DNA of 61,696 bases, filler included, from Choristocarpus tenellus KU-1152 (Eukaryota; Protista; Phaeophyceae): assembly GCA_964200185.2 (NCBI GenBank). It is 13 parts of 13 records of this genome, joined end to end, with 100 filler letters (N's around TTAATTAATTAA, not from the genome) between each part and the next. Parts side by side here need not be neighbours in the genome. Positions count along the whole stretch, not along the records: positions 48,875 to 56,996 come from CAXNAD020005111.1; positions 57,097 to 61,696 come from CAXNAD020013844.1; 11 more parts are not named here. One strand, written 5' to 3'. The notes under the pieces are model-generated. The model saw only the letters and a program-made list of their open reading frames with translations, did not search any database and was not told the origin of the DNA. How positions within the stretch are numbered: position 1 is the stretch's first letter; every line of letters starts with the position of its first letter. The position numbers were made by a program, and so were the translations under genes. Positions 50,398-61,696 of the stretch are shown in pieces.

Positions 50398-52323
50398 TCT
50401 GACATAGATATATAAATGGAGTGAACAAGACACTCTCAGGTCAGTCCCTCTGCTTGGGTTGATTATAATGTGGATAGTGCTAACGAGTGTCTGTTGTTGA
50501 TACTACCAAGTGATAACTAAGTCAAATATCCCCAAGGAAAACTCACCTGCCCAGCAAAAATGTCTGGTGTCCGTTGTTTTGGCCCTTGTCTGCCCGTAGG
50601 GGACCTTTAGACCTGTCTATCGCCGTTGTTACCACAATATCCGAAATGTTATATCGGAATATCGTGGTATCAACATTTATCACGGTTGAACCATTAGTGT
50701 TACAGGCGATATGTCGTGATGACGGTTTTCATAAACGCCATTATGAGCTTGAAGTCCTAGATTTGATATATTTGTACTTCTTGACTCTTTATTTATTATT
50801 TAGTCATTATCATCCCCACAGGTGGTACATCGTTGTCAGTTCCTTTTTATAAGATGATAATCGATACTTACGAAGGGAATAATCTAAGTGAGAGATCCAG
50901 CATACTTGATGACTTGAGCATCAGGAGTTCTGTACGTGCATTAGCGCCATGTGTAGGCTTGTGGACTGGAACTATACTCACCGTGGAGGTAAGCTATGGA
51001 GCATGCCATGACATTAGAACACTGGGATATTGGACCTGATTGTTTCCTGGGATTCTTCTCTCATTTACACCCAGTCTTCATGAGTCATCATAGATTGCTC
51101 ATTGCTGCACCCCCATTGTACATGGGCCTGGTTCGTCGCCTTCCTCGTCCCTTCCTTCTGCCTATCCCACAATTACTCTCACATATTAATCATTGCATAT
51201 TTTGTGTTATTTTCCTTGTTTGGGGTTGATTATTGTTTTGGTATTATTTATTGTATTCCAGGCCACTTATCGTCTTTTGTTTTATTTTCCAAGAGTGAGC
51301 GAATCTATTATTGAATTGTCCATGGACTACATAATCTATTTGAAGAACTGGTGAAACCCGCATGTAAGGGATTTCAAATGACACTATTTCATCTGGATAT
51401 CGTCAACACTTTGGAAAATGCTAATGACGACTTACCCCATTTCCGTTCCCCATGCCCCAAACCACTCCTTTTTGATATATCCCAAATACATATTATACCG
51501 ACAAAAACAAACACCTAAGCTGACACCATATTGGGTCTTTGAGTCTGACCATCAGCTTGTACCTTTGAGCACTGGAGGCCATAACACAAAGCCACCGAGA
51601 TGAGTTTACACTATTGCCAGTCATGAAATACAAAAGTCCAATGAGACACCAGTTTGCATTTTTTTCCTCGAAGGGGATGTTGGGGCTTCGACCTGCTCAT
51701 TCAAAGATTTCTATGATGTTAGCCGCACAGGTTTTGCTTTCCACTTTTGGTAGCTGTCAAGACATTCCCAACACCATATATCAACAATTGTAGCTTCTTT
51801 TCAATTTTAGTGATCACTGAGACTCTCGAAGTTGATGAGAAGTGACCTGCGTCACCATCACCTCTTCATTTTTTGTAAAGCTAAAGCTTCTCTTGTCTGC
51901 GATTGGCAGCTTAGGTCAACACTCATTAAGTAGACACCTTTCGACGGCACTGGCTACATCTCGTGAAAATTGTCAGCCTTCAGTAGCCTCGAATGACTTC
52001 TTTTCCACTCATGGTGGTTGTGGAGGCTTCTATTCCATATGATGGGTCCGGTAGCTTCCCTCCGAGTTCAGGGGCGTCTAGCGACTTTTTTAGGCGTCCA
52101 GCAACTCCTGGCTTCTGTCAATTCCAGCTTGGCATGAACAGGTTAGCTGCTGGAAGGTCAACACCTTGTACGGTGACCCTTTACCATGGGAATGTGGGCT
52201 GGTTGGCCTGGAGTCCTATGGTATCCCGAGTTTGGTAGAGTATGGTTTGTTTTAATCGTATACTAAGTCTTCTTGTCCGTTTCTGCTCACTCTGTCGCTC
52301 TCATAAGCATTTTGACTGCCGTT

Positions 52324-52572
52324 GAGTCAAATGATCTTAGAGTGTAGGACCACATCCGTTGGGGGGCCAAAATCCAATGTTGCGATTTTGATGCAATTTT
52401 GGCTATCGTGTTTGTTAGGAAGTGTCAATATCCTTATTCCGGACACATATTTTCATAGTGCTACATATTTTACCCACTCCAAAACTTTTTGGAGCAGGAA
52501 ATGTAAAAAAGGAAGCCAAGCCCTAAACGGACAAACAGGGCAAAACTCCTACCCTCTTAATTGCTTTGTCTC
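52324..52572 (+). mobile_element. MITE subfamily A (degenerate)
   Basis: Internal AAATCCAATGTTGCGATTTTG..GTTAGGAAGTGTCAATATCC; eroded TIRs. Confidence 0.8.
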
Positions 52573-53060
52573 TTTGCGTAGGTTTTGGCAAGTCCTTCTA
52601 CTTAGCTGAAATCCTCTTGCAGCCAAGGGTGTTTTCATTGACACAAGACCAAGAACGCGTCATTGACAAAAGTCGCCATCCTGTCAGAGACGCCATGTCA
52701 AAACACTACCATGACAAGTTTAGACTATGAAGCTCTCTAAGGGACGGGATCTACAAGCAGTCGGCCAATCAATGGGTAAAAAATCATCAACCTGTGACCT
52801 CTTCATTCAATTACACAAGCTGTTGCCCTGTGATACCTTCAAAATACAGTTACATATGGATAGTCGCTGCATCACATCACTTATCATAGAGCTTTTGCTA
52901 CAATTGCAATTCACTGAACAAAATACTGGAGTAAGCAAGATCGCCAACTTCTAATTCCAACACCAAAGTACTTTCAAAGCACACACTTGATCTGATAGTC
53001 TATATATCACAACGTCAATCTCGTAATAATTTCAACCTACCTCACCTCCTCGGAGCCAAA

Positions 53061-53321
53061 GAGTCAAATTATCTTAGAGGGTAGAGTCGCGTCCATTTGG
53101 GGCACAGAATCCGATGTTGCGAGTTTGATGTAATTTTGGCTATCGTTTTTATTAGCAAGTGTCAATATCCTTGTTCCGGACACACCTTTTTTTTAACATA
53201 CACATTTTACCTACTCCGAAACAGTTTGAAGTAGGAAAATGTCATGAAACTAACCCATGGGAACCCAAGCCCCAAACGGACAAAGAGGGCAAAACTCGTA
53301 CCCTCTGATATACTTTCACTC
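53061..53321 (+). mobile_element. MITE subfamily A
   Basis: TIRs GAGTCAAA../..TTTCACTC; TSD CAAA/CAAA. Confidence 0.85.
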
Positions 53322-54176
53322 CAAAGTAATGGAAAGGTAGGCGGGTTTGGGCCCTATCGCATTCTAAGATATCTTATTTGTTACCCTGTGCAACGTACCC
53401 CACTTCATTGCTTTATGTGCACAATAGTGCACGCAAAATTGATATCCCTCCTCTCCGCACTCGAAGTGAAACCACAATTCAGCAAAGGCTCTTTTTGCAA
53501 TCATACAAAGTCATGTCTTCTCTCCATTTCTTTGACCCTCACTCCATACACATTGCTTCCATATAAAGGGAGCAGGGTCGACCCACCTACATGTTGGATC
53601 CAGCAAAGAATTAGTATTGGTATTGTGGACGGGCAGAAATTCTGCCCTGTTACGAATGGATGGGAAATTGGGAGGTGAAGAAGGAATGATGTTAAGGAAA
53701 GGAGAAAGGATTAAAACAATTGAAGAATTGTATCTATTAAACATATCGATATAGATGTGAGTGTTACACTATGATGGGGAATTAACAAGGAGTACAAAGG
53801 GTGTAACTAATGAGAGTGGATAAAAAATGAATGAAATGAAATGAATGGTGTCAGGAGACGATTGGATGTGATTGTGTGGCATGAAGTATGTCACAAGGTA
53901 CAGCAGCGTGAAACCTGAGTTGAAGGAAACAATGGAGAGAAGCCAGAGCAATGGTCTCACTCCTGTACGGTACCGGAGGATTAAAGCAATAAAGACATGG
54001 AAGTAGAGGATTTTTTTTTAAGTTGGTAGAAATACAACCTCTCATAATTCCTTGCAATTGCAACCTCTGTATTTCTAGTTTTATTTCGAATTTTGAAAAG
54101 GCTGTCACAAAAGTTCCAAAATGTAAGTAGAAATGGGAACAATCGACTGCATTATTTATAAACAAAAAAATACAGA

Positions 54177-54600
54177 ACAAAAACTCCTACTTCAAACATG
54201 ATGATGTCGCTTTGATCATGTCACACCTCACACAACACAGACCATTCATCGCGTTATGTTTGAAAAGACGTCTAACTTCCCATCCTAATAACACTACATA
54301 CTATTGAACAAGAACAGAACCTAACACAAAACAAAAACTCCAACTTCGAACATGATGATGTCGCTTTAATCCTGTCATACCACGCGCAACCCAGACCACT
54401 CATCATGTTACAATTGAAAGACATCTAACTTCCCATCCTAATAATAATACATCATATTAAACTGAATCAAAACGAATACAAACCAAAACTCCTACTTCGA
54501 AGAAGTCGATTTAATCTGTCACACCTCACCCAGACCACTCATCATGTTCTACAAACCTCTAACTTCCCATCTAATAATACTATGTAATATTGAAATAAAC
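54177..54600. repeat. Tandem repeat, ~150-bp unit x3
   Basis: AAAACTCCTACTTC..GTCGCTTT..CAGACCACTCATC..TCTAACTTCCCATC recurs three times. Confidence 0.85.
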
Positions 54601-55438
54601 TACATAGTAATATATTGTAGAATATTATTACGCTAAAGACCCACCTCAACAGAAAGCAACTGTGTTCTAGATTTTGTTTGAGGAGGTATATAATACTATA
54701 TCGCGAGTCAAAATGCGTGCGCAAAATATCAAACACTCTATTTCTAGTGATATTTTTTATAGTAAATTTTGGGGATGGATGTCAAAAACAAATATCATTT
54801 TTTTTACGATATATCAAAATGATTTGATCGGAAAAATGGAATCAATTTTGATATTCGAATATACGGTACAAATCCTAAATTATCATATACAAGAATTACG
54901 CTTGATATTTGATGATGGTGTGATGTTGATATGATATTGGAGGTCAAAAATAAGGGATTTTTTCCTCCTCTCTCCTCTCCATTCGCCACAAGAAGTGTAT
55001 GCCCTTTCATGCAATGCAAAGAAGAACCTTCTGCTACTTATCATGCGAGTATAAGAGGTGGGTCGAATGTCATGAAAGACATGTATTACTAGTACTTTTT
55101 CGGAGTATGTTCAATTAATATACTATTAACACTTTGCTATACGATTGTCTCCACCTTCTACACCTGGGCACCATAGTCATCCCCACTAGAAGAGGGCAGC
55201 ACCACAGTGTCATCAACAATACCCCCAAAGAGACAGTTGGCTTGGCTGCGATTGTGTTGCCATCAGAGGAGAACTCGTGATGAGTGTTCGATTGCAGCTG
55301 AAGTGGTCTATGCAGGCAAATACTTCTGTGTACCACAACTTTGCTCAGCTTTCCAAAAACCTCTGTTGCCTTCCATTATTCGAGGGGATCACCAAGCTTC
55401 TCCACCACATCCACATCCAGGTTGTACACTATGGCATA

Positions 55439-55694
55439 GAGTGACAGTATCTTAGAGGGTACGACTTTTGCCCTGTTTGTCCATTTGGTACTTGACTTCC
55501 CTTGGGGTTTTTGCGACATTTTTTACTCCAAATTATTTCGGAATAGGTAAAATGTACATGTTATGCGAAAGTGGGTCTGGAACAAGGATATTGACACTTC
55601 GTAACAAACACAACAGCCAAAATTACATAAGAGTCGCAACTTGGATTTTGATCCCCAAATGGACGCGGGTCTACCCTCTAAGATACCTTGACTC
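55439..55694 (-). mobile_element. MITE subfamily A
   Basis: GAGTGACAGTATCTTAGAGGGTA ... TACCCTCTAAGATACCTTGACTC. Confidence 0.85.
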
Positions 55695-56597
55695 TTACAC
55701 ATTACTCTCGGCATTAGTTAGGCTTGCACGCCATGAATTTGATGTACCTTGACTTGATGTGTTAAGATTCTGTGCTTTCCTATTAATCCAGGGAAGCTGC
55801 TGTTTTGTCAAAAGCATAACTTGCCAACATTCCATGGACAGATCTACACATTGGCCAGCACGGAGGATTATATATCATCCTTGCAAGATCTGATCTTAGA
55901 CGAGTGCTGCTAGGTGGCGAAATTTCAGTATGGATACAACCTAAGATTTTGAACTAGGCCCAACTTGTGGGATGAGCAAGCATAAATCCGAACAACACCC
56001 AGTCATGCAGACATTGTGGCCTGAGTCGTTAGGCAGGGATCTGCCATTAAGGTCTCAAAAGTATACCTAGAAGAGCACTGTTGCTACACTCGGAACCTGA
56101 CACGGCACTGGGTCTAATCGGATTTCCATGAAAAAATGTGACAAACTGGAGCTATCACTGTGTTGGAACATACTCCTTAGTAAATTTCTAAGGTCCTTCA
56201 TCAGGCTGCAGACCATCTTGCAGTCCCGAACCAAGGAAACGTCTGACAGCCTTGGACTGGGCCTTACAGCCCTGAACCGAAACTTTCATGAACATTGGGA
56301 ACTGGGGCTGACCCTGGACCAAACCGCAGAAATATCTGAAGGCCCTGTCAGAAGCATTTACACCAGGCAGGTACGCAGATTGGACCGTTCCTATTTTTCT
56401 GGCCCACTGAAAGACCATGTAAATTCCAGTTCAGTGAAACAGTTGTTGACCCGCCACAGATTAATTGAGGGTGACAAGTCAAATCCAACCAACAACAAAA
56501 AGGGGTAGTATCCTAATGTTAGCTATGCCCAGCCAATCCCAAAGTGCACACCACTCACATGACAGCTATCTGTCATCAATCTTCACACATTTGAAAT

Positions 56598-56862
56598 GGG
56601 TCGAAGTATCTTTGAGGGCAGAGCTGCGTCCGTTTGGGGGCCAAAATTCAATGTTGCGATTTTGATAGAATTTTGGCTATCGTGTTTGTTACGAAGTGTC
56701 AGCATCCTTGTTCCAGACACACCTTTTCATAAAGTACACATTTTACCTACTCTGAAACGTTTTGGAGTAGGTAAAATGTCATTAAAAAACCCCATTGGAA
56801 GTCAAGCCCCAAACGGACAAACAGGGCAAGACTCGTACCCTAACCCTAACATACTTTCACTC
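56598..56862 (+). mobile_element. MITE subfamily A
   Basis: GGGTCGAAGTATC ... ATACTTTCACTC; TSD AAAT/AAAT; right TIR changed to ACCCTAACCCTAA. Confidence 0.85.
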
Positions 56863-56929
56863 AAATCTCTTTGAACATAAAAATAAAGTTCACAATCTTG
56901 AATTCCATCGAAGCTACTTGTCTGCCAAA

Positions 56930-56996
56930 GAGCCAAAGTATCTTAGGGGGTAGGGCCGCGTCCATTTGGAGGCCAAAATCCAATGTTGCGATTTTG
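56930..56996 (+). mobile_element. MITE subfamily A (partial, at gap)
   Basis: GAGCCAAAGTATCTTAGGGGGTAGGGCCGCGTCCATTTGG. Confidence 0.8.
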
Positions 56997-57096
56997 NNNN
57001 NNNNNNNNNNNNNNNNNNNNNNNNNNNNNNNNNNNNNNNNTTAATTAATTAANNNNNNNNNNNNNNNNNNNNNNNNNNNNNNNNNNNNNNNNNNNN

Positions 57097-58090
57097 CCTG
57101 GTCACGGCAGGCGAAGGGAGAACCGGGGTGGCCAGCCGAAGGGAAGGTTGGGGAAGAGAGCAATGCGACTGCGTGCTATTGCACTCAGGAAACGCCTAAG
57201 CGAAAACCCGGGTGTAGAATATCTTAGTAGTCGACAGTTGCAGCAGGCCCTGACTGTCTGGAAGCTGTGCGATCCTGAGTGGCTTAAGGAAACGAGAAAG
57301 AAGGCGTTAGGGTTGGGCTACAAGGGCTCTGAAGTCCGAAAGAAGGTCGAAAGGACTCGCAAGGTGGAGGAGAAAGCGATCGTAACAAAGGCAGCTGTGG
57401 AGACTCTTCGATATCACCAAATCCTTTACTTAGAAGAGGTCGCGAAGCATGTGGAGGTAGCCATCGACAAGGACGACACAAATGGTTTGATGTCTCTCTC
57501 ACTTCTTGCAATATGCCGTACTTTCACTTTTGTTCCTGGACTTGGGGTTGGACGTATAAAGTTGATAAAGGCTTCCTCCCAGCCTGCATTCATTCGACAA
57601 ATCAACACAATTCTCGATCAGCTCAAGCCTGTCCTCCCTCACCCTTGCGCCTTGATGACAAAATATCACCCGTCCAAGAAACACGGACAACGCCCATTTC
57701 CGGCACTCAACAAGGAAATGTGATAGTTAAGACTCTAACACTGCGAATCCTGTACCTGTGTATGAACAAGGGGAAAGACTGTCAAACGGCGCTCGAGATG
57801 GCAGCAGGATATGCGATGGTCAGGGTGGAAACTGTGAGTAAATGGGAGAGAGAATTCCTAAGGGCCACATCAAGGTGTCGGAGCAAGGGCGCTATGAGAG
57901 GCGTTTTGTTCTGGGCCTCGACGAGGACATCCTTGCCGAGGTCTAAGAGTGGGTGCGCGAACACACAGGAAGAAAGGTTGGGGAGGCTTTTTTCCGGGTA
58001 AACTCTATACTTTAATCAAGTAATAGTCATCTGTTGCCACTCTTGGTGACCAACAATCCACGGTTCGAACACCAATATGAGTGGTCTTTC
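57097..58090 (+). pseudogene. Decayed intronless ORF resembling the N-terminal HTH region of a DDE DNA transposase
   Basis: ALEMAAGYAMVRVETVSKWEREFL (HTH-like), then after a frameshift SEQGRYERRFVLGLDEDILAEV*EWVREHTGRK.GE..F.V...NSHLLP. Stops and frameshifts present; no catalytic DDE region seen. Confidence 0.5.
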
Positions 58091-59194
58091 TTCAAAAAAA
58101 TAAAAAACAAAGCCCGCACTCTGGAGGGCATTGTGACGGGCATCACGAATATCATTTTTTTAACCCAATATCTACATCAAAAGTTATGACGGGACAACCC
58201 CAGAGGGCGAAGCTACCATTATAGTATCATTATTGACCAATTAAAAAATAACACACAAATAGTCTTTTTGGGGTGAGATGCAGTACACTGTTTCCCACTT
58301 TTCCACATTTTCAGATGTACGATTCTGGAAGATCCACGAATGAGATTGGTGTGGATAGCTGGTTATCTGTTATAGGCGATGGGTGGTGATTTCAGAAACA
58401 CCATTCATTTTGAACTTTCATTAAGGTTCTAAATTTTATATATTGAGGCTGTTGACATTTAATTTATTATTGCCTTTATGGAGCATCTTGTCCGATGTCT
58501 GTATTCTCGACTAAAAGATACAGCCTGTAATATAAGTGAGCGATCCAGCATTATACTTGGATATTAATTATTATGCTGTCATCAGACTTGTCTACCAATA
58601 GGGTTTAGAGGTGAGGTTACTACCCCATCTCCACTTGGTGTGTGAACACAATATTTGTAACATGGAGGGTCACCGAGCATGTCTAGTGTGCTCTCTGTTG
58701 AAAGGGGGGATCCACCTCAGCTCACCAGATGGGCCATTCATCAGCTCCTTGGGAAATACTGGATTCAACCTACATCGGGTCTACATTTTATATTTAGAAC
58801 GTCCTCTCTGCCTCTTCCGAAGGAGTGAGAACGGTGAGGCCTCCACACCATCTCAACTAGGGGCATGAATTCGATGCCTGAAATGACATTGCTACAAAGC
58901 AGACCCAGAAGGGCACAGGGTGGATACTGTGTGATCTATGGTTTGGGGAAAAGAGGAGAAGCTCCATGAGCTAGCAGTCACAGTGCTCCAGCAGTACCAG
59001 GAGGTGAATGTCTGCCTGATGTGCAAAAAATGATGAAGCCATATTTACATGTCTAATTTTGGAGTTTGTGCGTAACTTCGACCTTCAAAGTGACGAGTGG
59101 GAAATTCTAAACTAATAATGAACTCCAACCAGACAAAATAATTCAACATTAAAAAAAGTAATTAAAATGTATGATTCCTATATGTCGTGATGAC

Positions 59195-59279
59195 CTCGAA
59201 GTAGCTCAGGGGTAGAGCGGTGGTCTGTAGTTGGTATATGGCTAACCATTGGTCCGGAGTTCGAATTTCCGCTTCGAGA
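59195..59279 (+). tRNA. tRNA-Tyr(GTA): tRNA-Tyr (GTA) with 13-nt intron
   Basis: Acceptor CTCGAAG/CTTCGAG+A; D-arm GCTC/GAGC; anticodon stem GTGGT/ACCAT with GTA at 59227-59229; intron 59231-59243 at canonical 37/38; T-loop TTCGAAT; downstream T-run terminator. Confidence 0.92.
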
Positions 59280-61313
59280 TCTTTTTTGTCGAGGCCATAT
59301 TTGGTGAGGAGAATCACCGTAAAAAACAGACGAGATGGACGAAGACAAACTGTAATCGGCAAGAGGACGAGGCAAGGTTGGTGACAAGGACAAGTGTGAA
59401 GAGAGGGGTTGATCCCAGTTCAGATGGGTGGCCCTCAGAAGGATTTCTTTGCAAATTGATCGCTCTGAATATCCTCCATTGTGGAACTGTAGGATTCTCG
59501 AAAACAGTCCTTTACTATATGACAATGGATGGTATGGCAATGGTGGTATCATAACGGAAAACCCTGCGTTACACATCACTCCTTCTTTTGATGGGACTCG
59601 AGTCCATGCAAGTGTGATTCTGAGTCAACAAAAATATGAGCTCTGGTAGCAAATGGGAAGCAGGTGTGAGTTGGTGCACTATATTGTGACTATCCGACTT
59701 TATTGATACCAGATTAAGTGTAATAGATATTCAGTAGGAATGTGGCATTATTATTTTGTTCAAGATATCATTAGACATCGATAAGGTTGATAGTATGTGT
59801 GAAAATCTTAGCAATCATGATGTTACGAGCTTATGTGAAGGTCCTTGTGTTGTATGTGACCAGCATACCAGTCATTCTAAACACTAGGTGAGCTCAATGG
59901 CATATGTTACAGCACACCCCTGAACTCACCTCCACAGGATGTACAACTCAAATCCAACGACCTTAAAACGACGCTATGGGGATGTTGCCCTTGATAGCAG
60001 TTTGTTGGGTATCAGATAGCCTTTTCTCTCGAATACTCCACTCAGTGCTTAGCTCAAAGCTAGACTCAATGTTAAGTTCAAGATCAAAAAAGCTGATAAG
60101 AGGGGTAAAGGTGTTTTGACCAAAAGCCCTCTTATTATTTTCATCGTCCACCCAATATATATGGTCTTCTCTATGCAATTGCTCTATACGTACTCCAATC
60201 ATAAACCTTTATTCTGCAACTTCTTGGGAATTTTGATATTTTCTTCTGTAATGTTACGTATGCATTACGAATCTTACTCTGTATCTTCTACGGAATCAGC
60301 ATTTATTCTGTAAGGCTACCTATGTGTTACTAATATCGTATATTGCTCATACTTACTAGAACGCGAGAAGCAATCCTCACACTATACATTTGTCACAAAT
60401 GTTCGTGTTTGCTAAAACATGAGAGGAAATGCTCGCGTTATTTGCATGTAACAAATGCTTGCACTTCATTGGAACACCAGAAGAAATGCTCGTGCCATTC
60501 GCCTGTAACATGCCCCCCAGCGTGAACTAGCAATACATGTATGTTTCACGCTTACCACAGGTGATCGTCACCGGTGAAGGTAATAGATATCTTCAATGAC
60601 CTAAGATCATCCTGTGGCAAGGAGAAAGAAAGAAGAAAAAAATACCTGACTCCTACTAAACCCAAAACATATATCCTTATCAACTTGGAAAAATCTGTCT
60701 GCATGTAGCCTAATCGGAGTATACATTTACTTCTTTCTAAAGTACAGCTACCCTAAGGTACCAAGTATCATCTGATTATTGCCTGTCTCTTGCCCCCCAA
60801 GCACGGAGCATACTGACGGCTGCTAGTGCGTAAAACAGGCAACATCATCAACATCAGCGATAACAAGAAAATAAAATAAAAGACTGAAGAAAGGTAGAAC
60901 AAAACAAGGGATTAAGGGGATTAGGTACCTGTTCGGATAAAAGAGGAGAAAAAAAAGAGAAAAAAGTTAATCAAGGGATAGAGGAAAAAAATGGAAAAAC
61001 ACAAAAAAATCCAAACATCAAACAGAAGAATAATATATAATAAAAGGAAAAAAATCTACAGATCAAAGTGGGTCGGTACCGGATATACAAGAAAAAAATA
61101 TTCAAAAACACAAAATGACAAAAAAAAACATCTTACATGAATCACTATCTGTTCTGATGTGGGTTACTTCATGGTTCCAACTTTTGCTATCCTATGTTCC
61201 ATGCAGGGACTACCTGTTTCACGCTTACCACAGACAATAATCATTATCTGGATAGTAAATATCCATCACCTTAGATCATGCTGCGATGGCATGCATAATG
61301 GCCCTTTATTTGG

Positions 61314-61453
61314 TAACATAGGGGCTTCAGCTCTGACTCTGCCAGTTGTTTCCAACATAGTGACTCCAGGTCCAACTCTGCCGGTTGTTTCCAACATAGG
61401 GACTCTAGTTCCGACTCTGCCGGTTGTCTCCAACATAGGGACTCCAGTTCCAA
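61314..61453. repeat. 39-bp minisatellite x~3.6
   Basis: CAACATAGGGACTCCAGTTCC(A/G)ACTCTGCCGGTTGTTTC units. Confidence 0.9.
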
Positions 61454-61696
61454 ATTAACCCATGGATTCCAACATTGATCAACAAATCCCCTCGTTTCCT
61501 TTGAAAACGGATCCCCAAAAGTCGTAAGGCACAGTCAAAATCAATATATGTCTGACCAGTTAAGAGTATATAATTCTATTAAAAAAATATGTATAACTCT
61601 AACTAGCCCCAAAACAGGTCAACAAATATCCCTGTTTAACCTGGGAAAATTTTCCCAAGGGTCACAGAATGCCATCAGAGTCAGATTGCCCCTGGC

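Noticed and set aside
55700-56590. Possible Ty1/Copia RT remnant on the minus strand (VQSAYL, MVCSLMKDL)
   Set aside because: Too degenerate; no YVDD or other anchor motif could be confirmed.
56930-58090. MITE end directly upstream of the transposase-like ORF as one autonomous element
   Set aside because: Separated by an artificial linker; adjacency is not evidence.

Overview
Repeat-rich, intron-rich eukaryotic nuclear DNA. The LINE, CRE and Gypsy remnants and the TTAGGG repeats suggest a stramenopile, possibly a brown alga (inference). The window is not one locus: it is 13 contigs joined by an artificial N-run/TTAATTAATTAA/N-run linker, so nothing can be inferred across gaps. Host genes are all partial: an 8-exon PDCD2 (zf-MYND), a DnaJ-domain gene, two exons of a SNF2/SMARCAL1-like helicase, and several hypothetical multi-exon genes. 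There is also an intron-containing tRNA-Tyr(GTA). Mobile DNA includes an internally deleted Ty3/Gypsy chromovirus-like element (LTRs, PBS, PPT) beside or inside a CRE-like LINE remnant, a solo LTR and a partial LTR, an RTE-like LINE remnant, a decayed DNA-transposase fragment, and about 22 copies of three related MITE subfamilies that share the terminal core AAAGTATCT and make 3- or 4-bp target duplications. The most intriguing signal is short TTAGGG tracts scattered through introns. Some were added after MITE insertion (they are absent from sister copies), and one forms a head-to-head telomere palindrome flanked by a 15-bp duplication. This suggests telomerase-templated repair of internal breaks.
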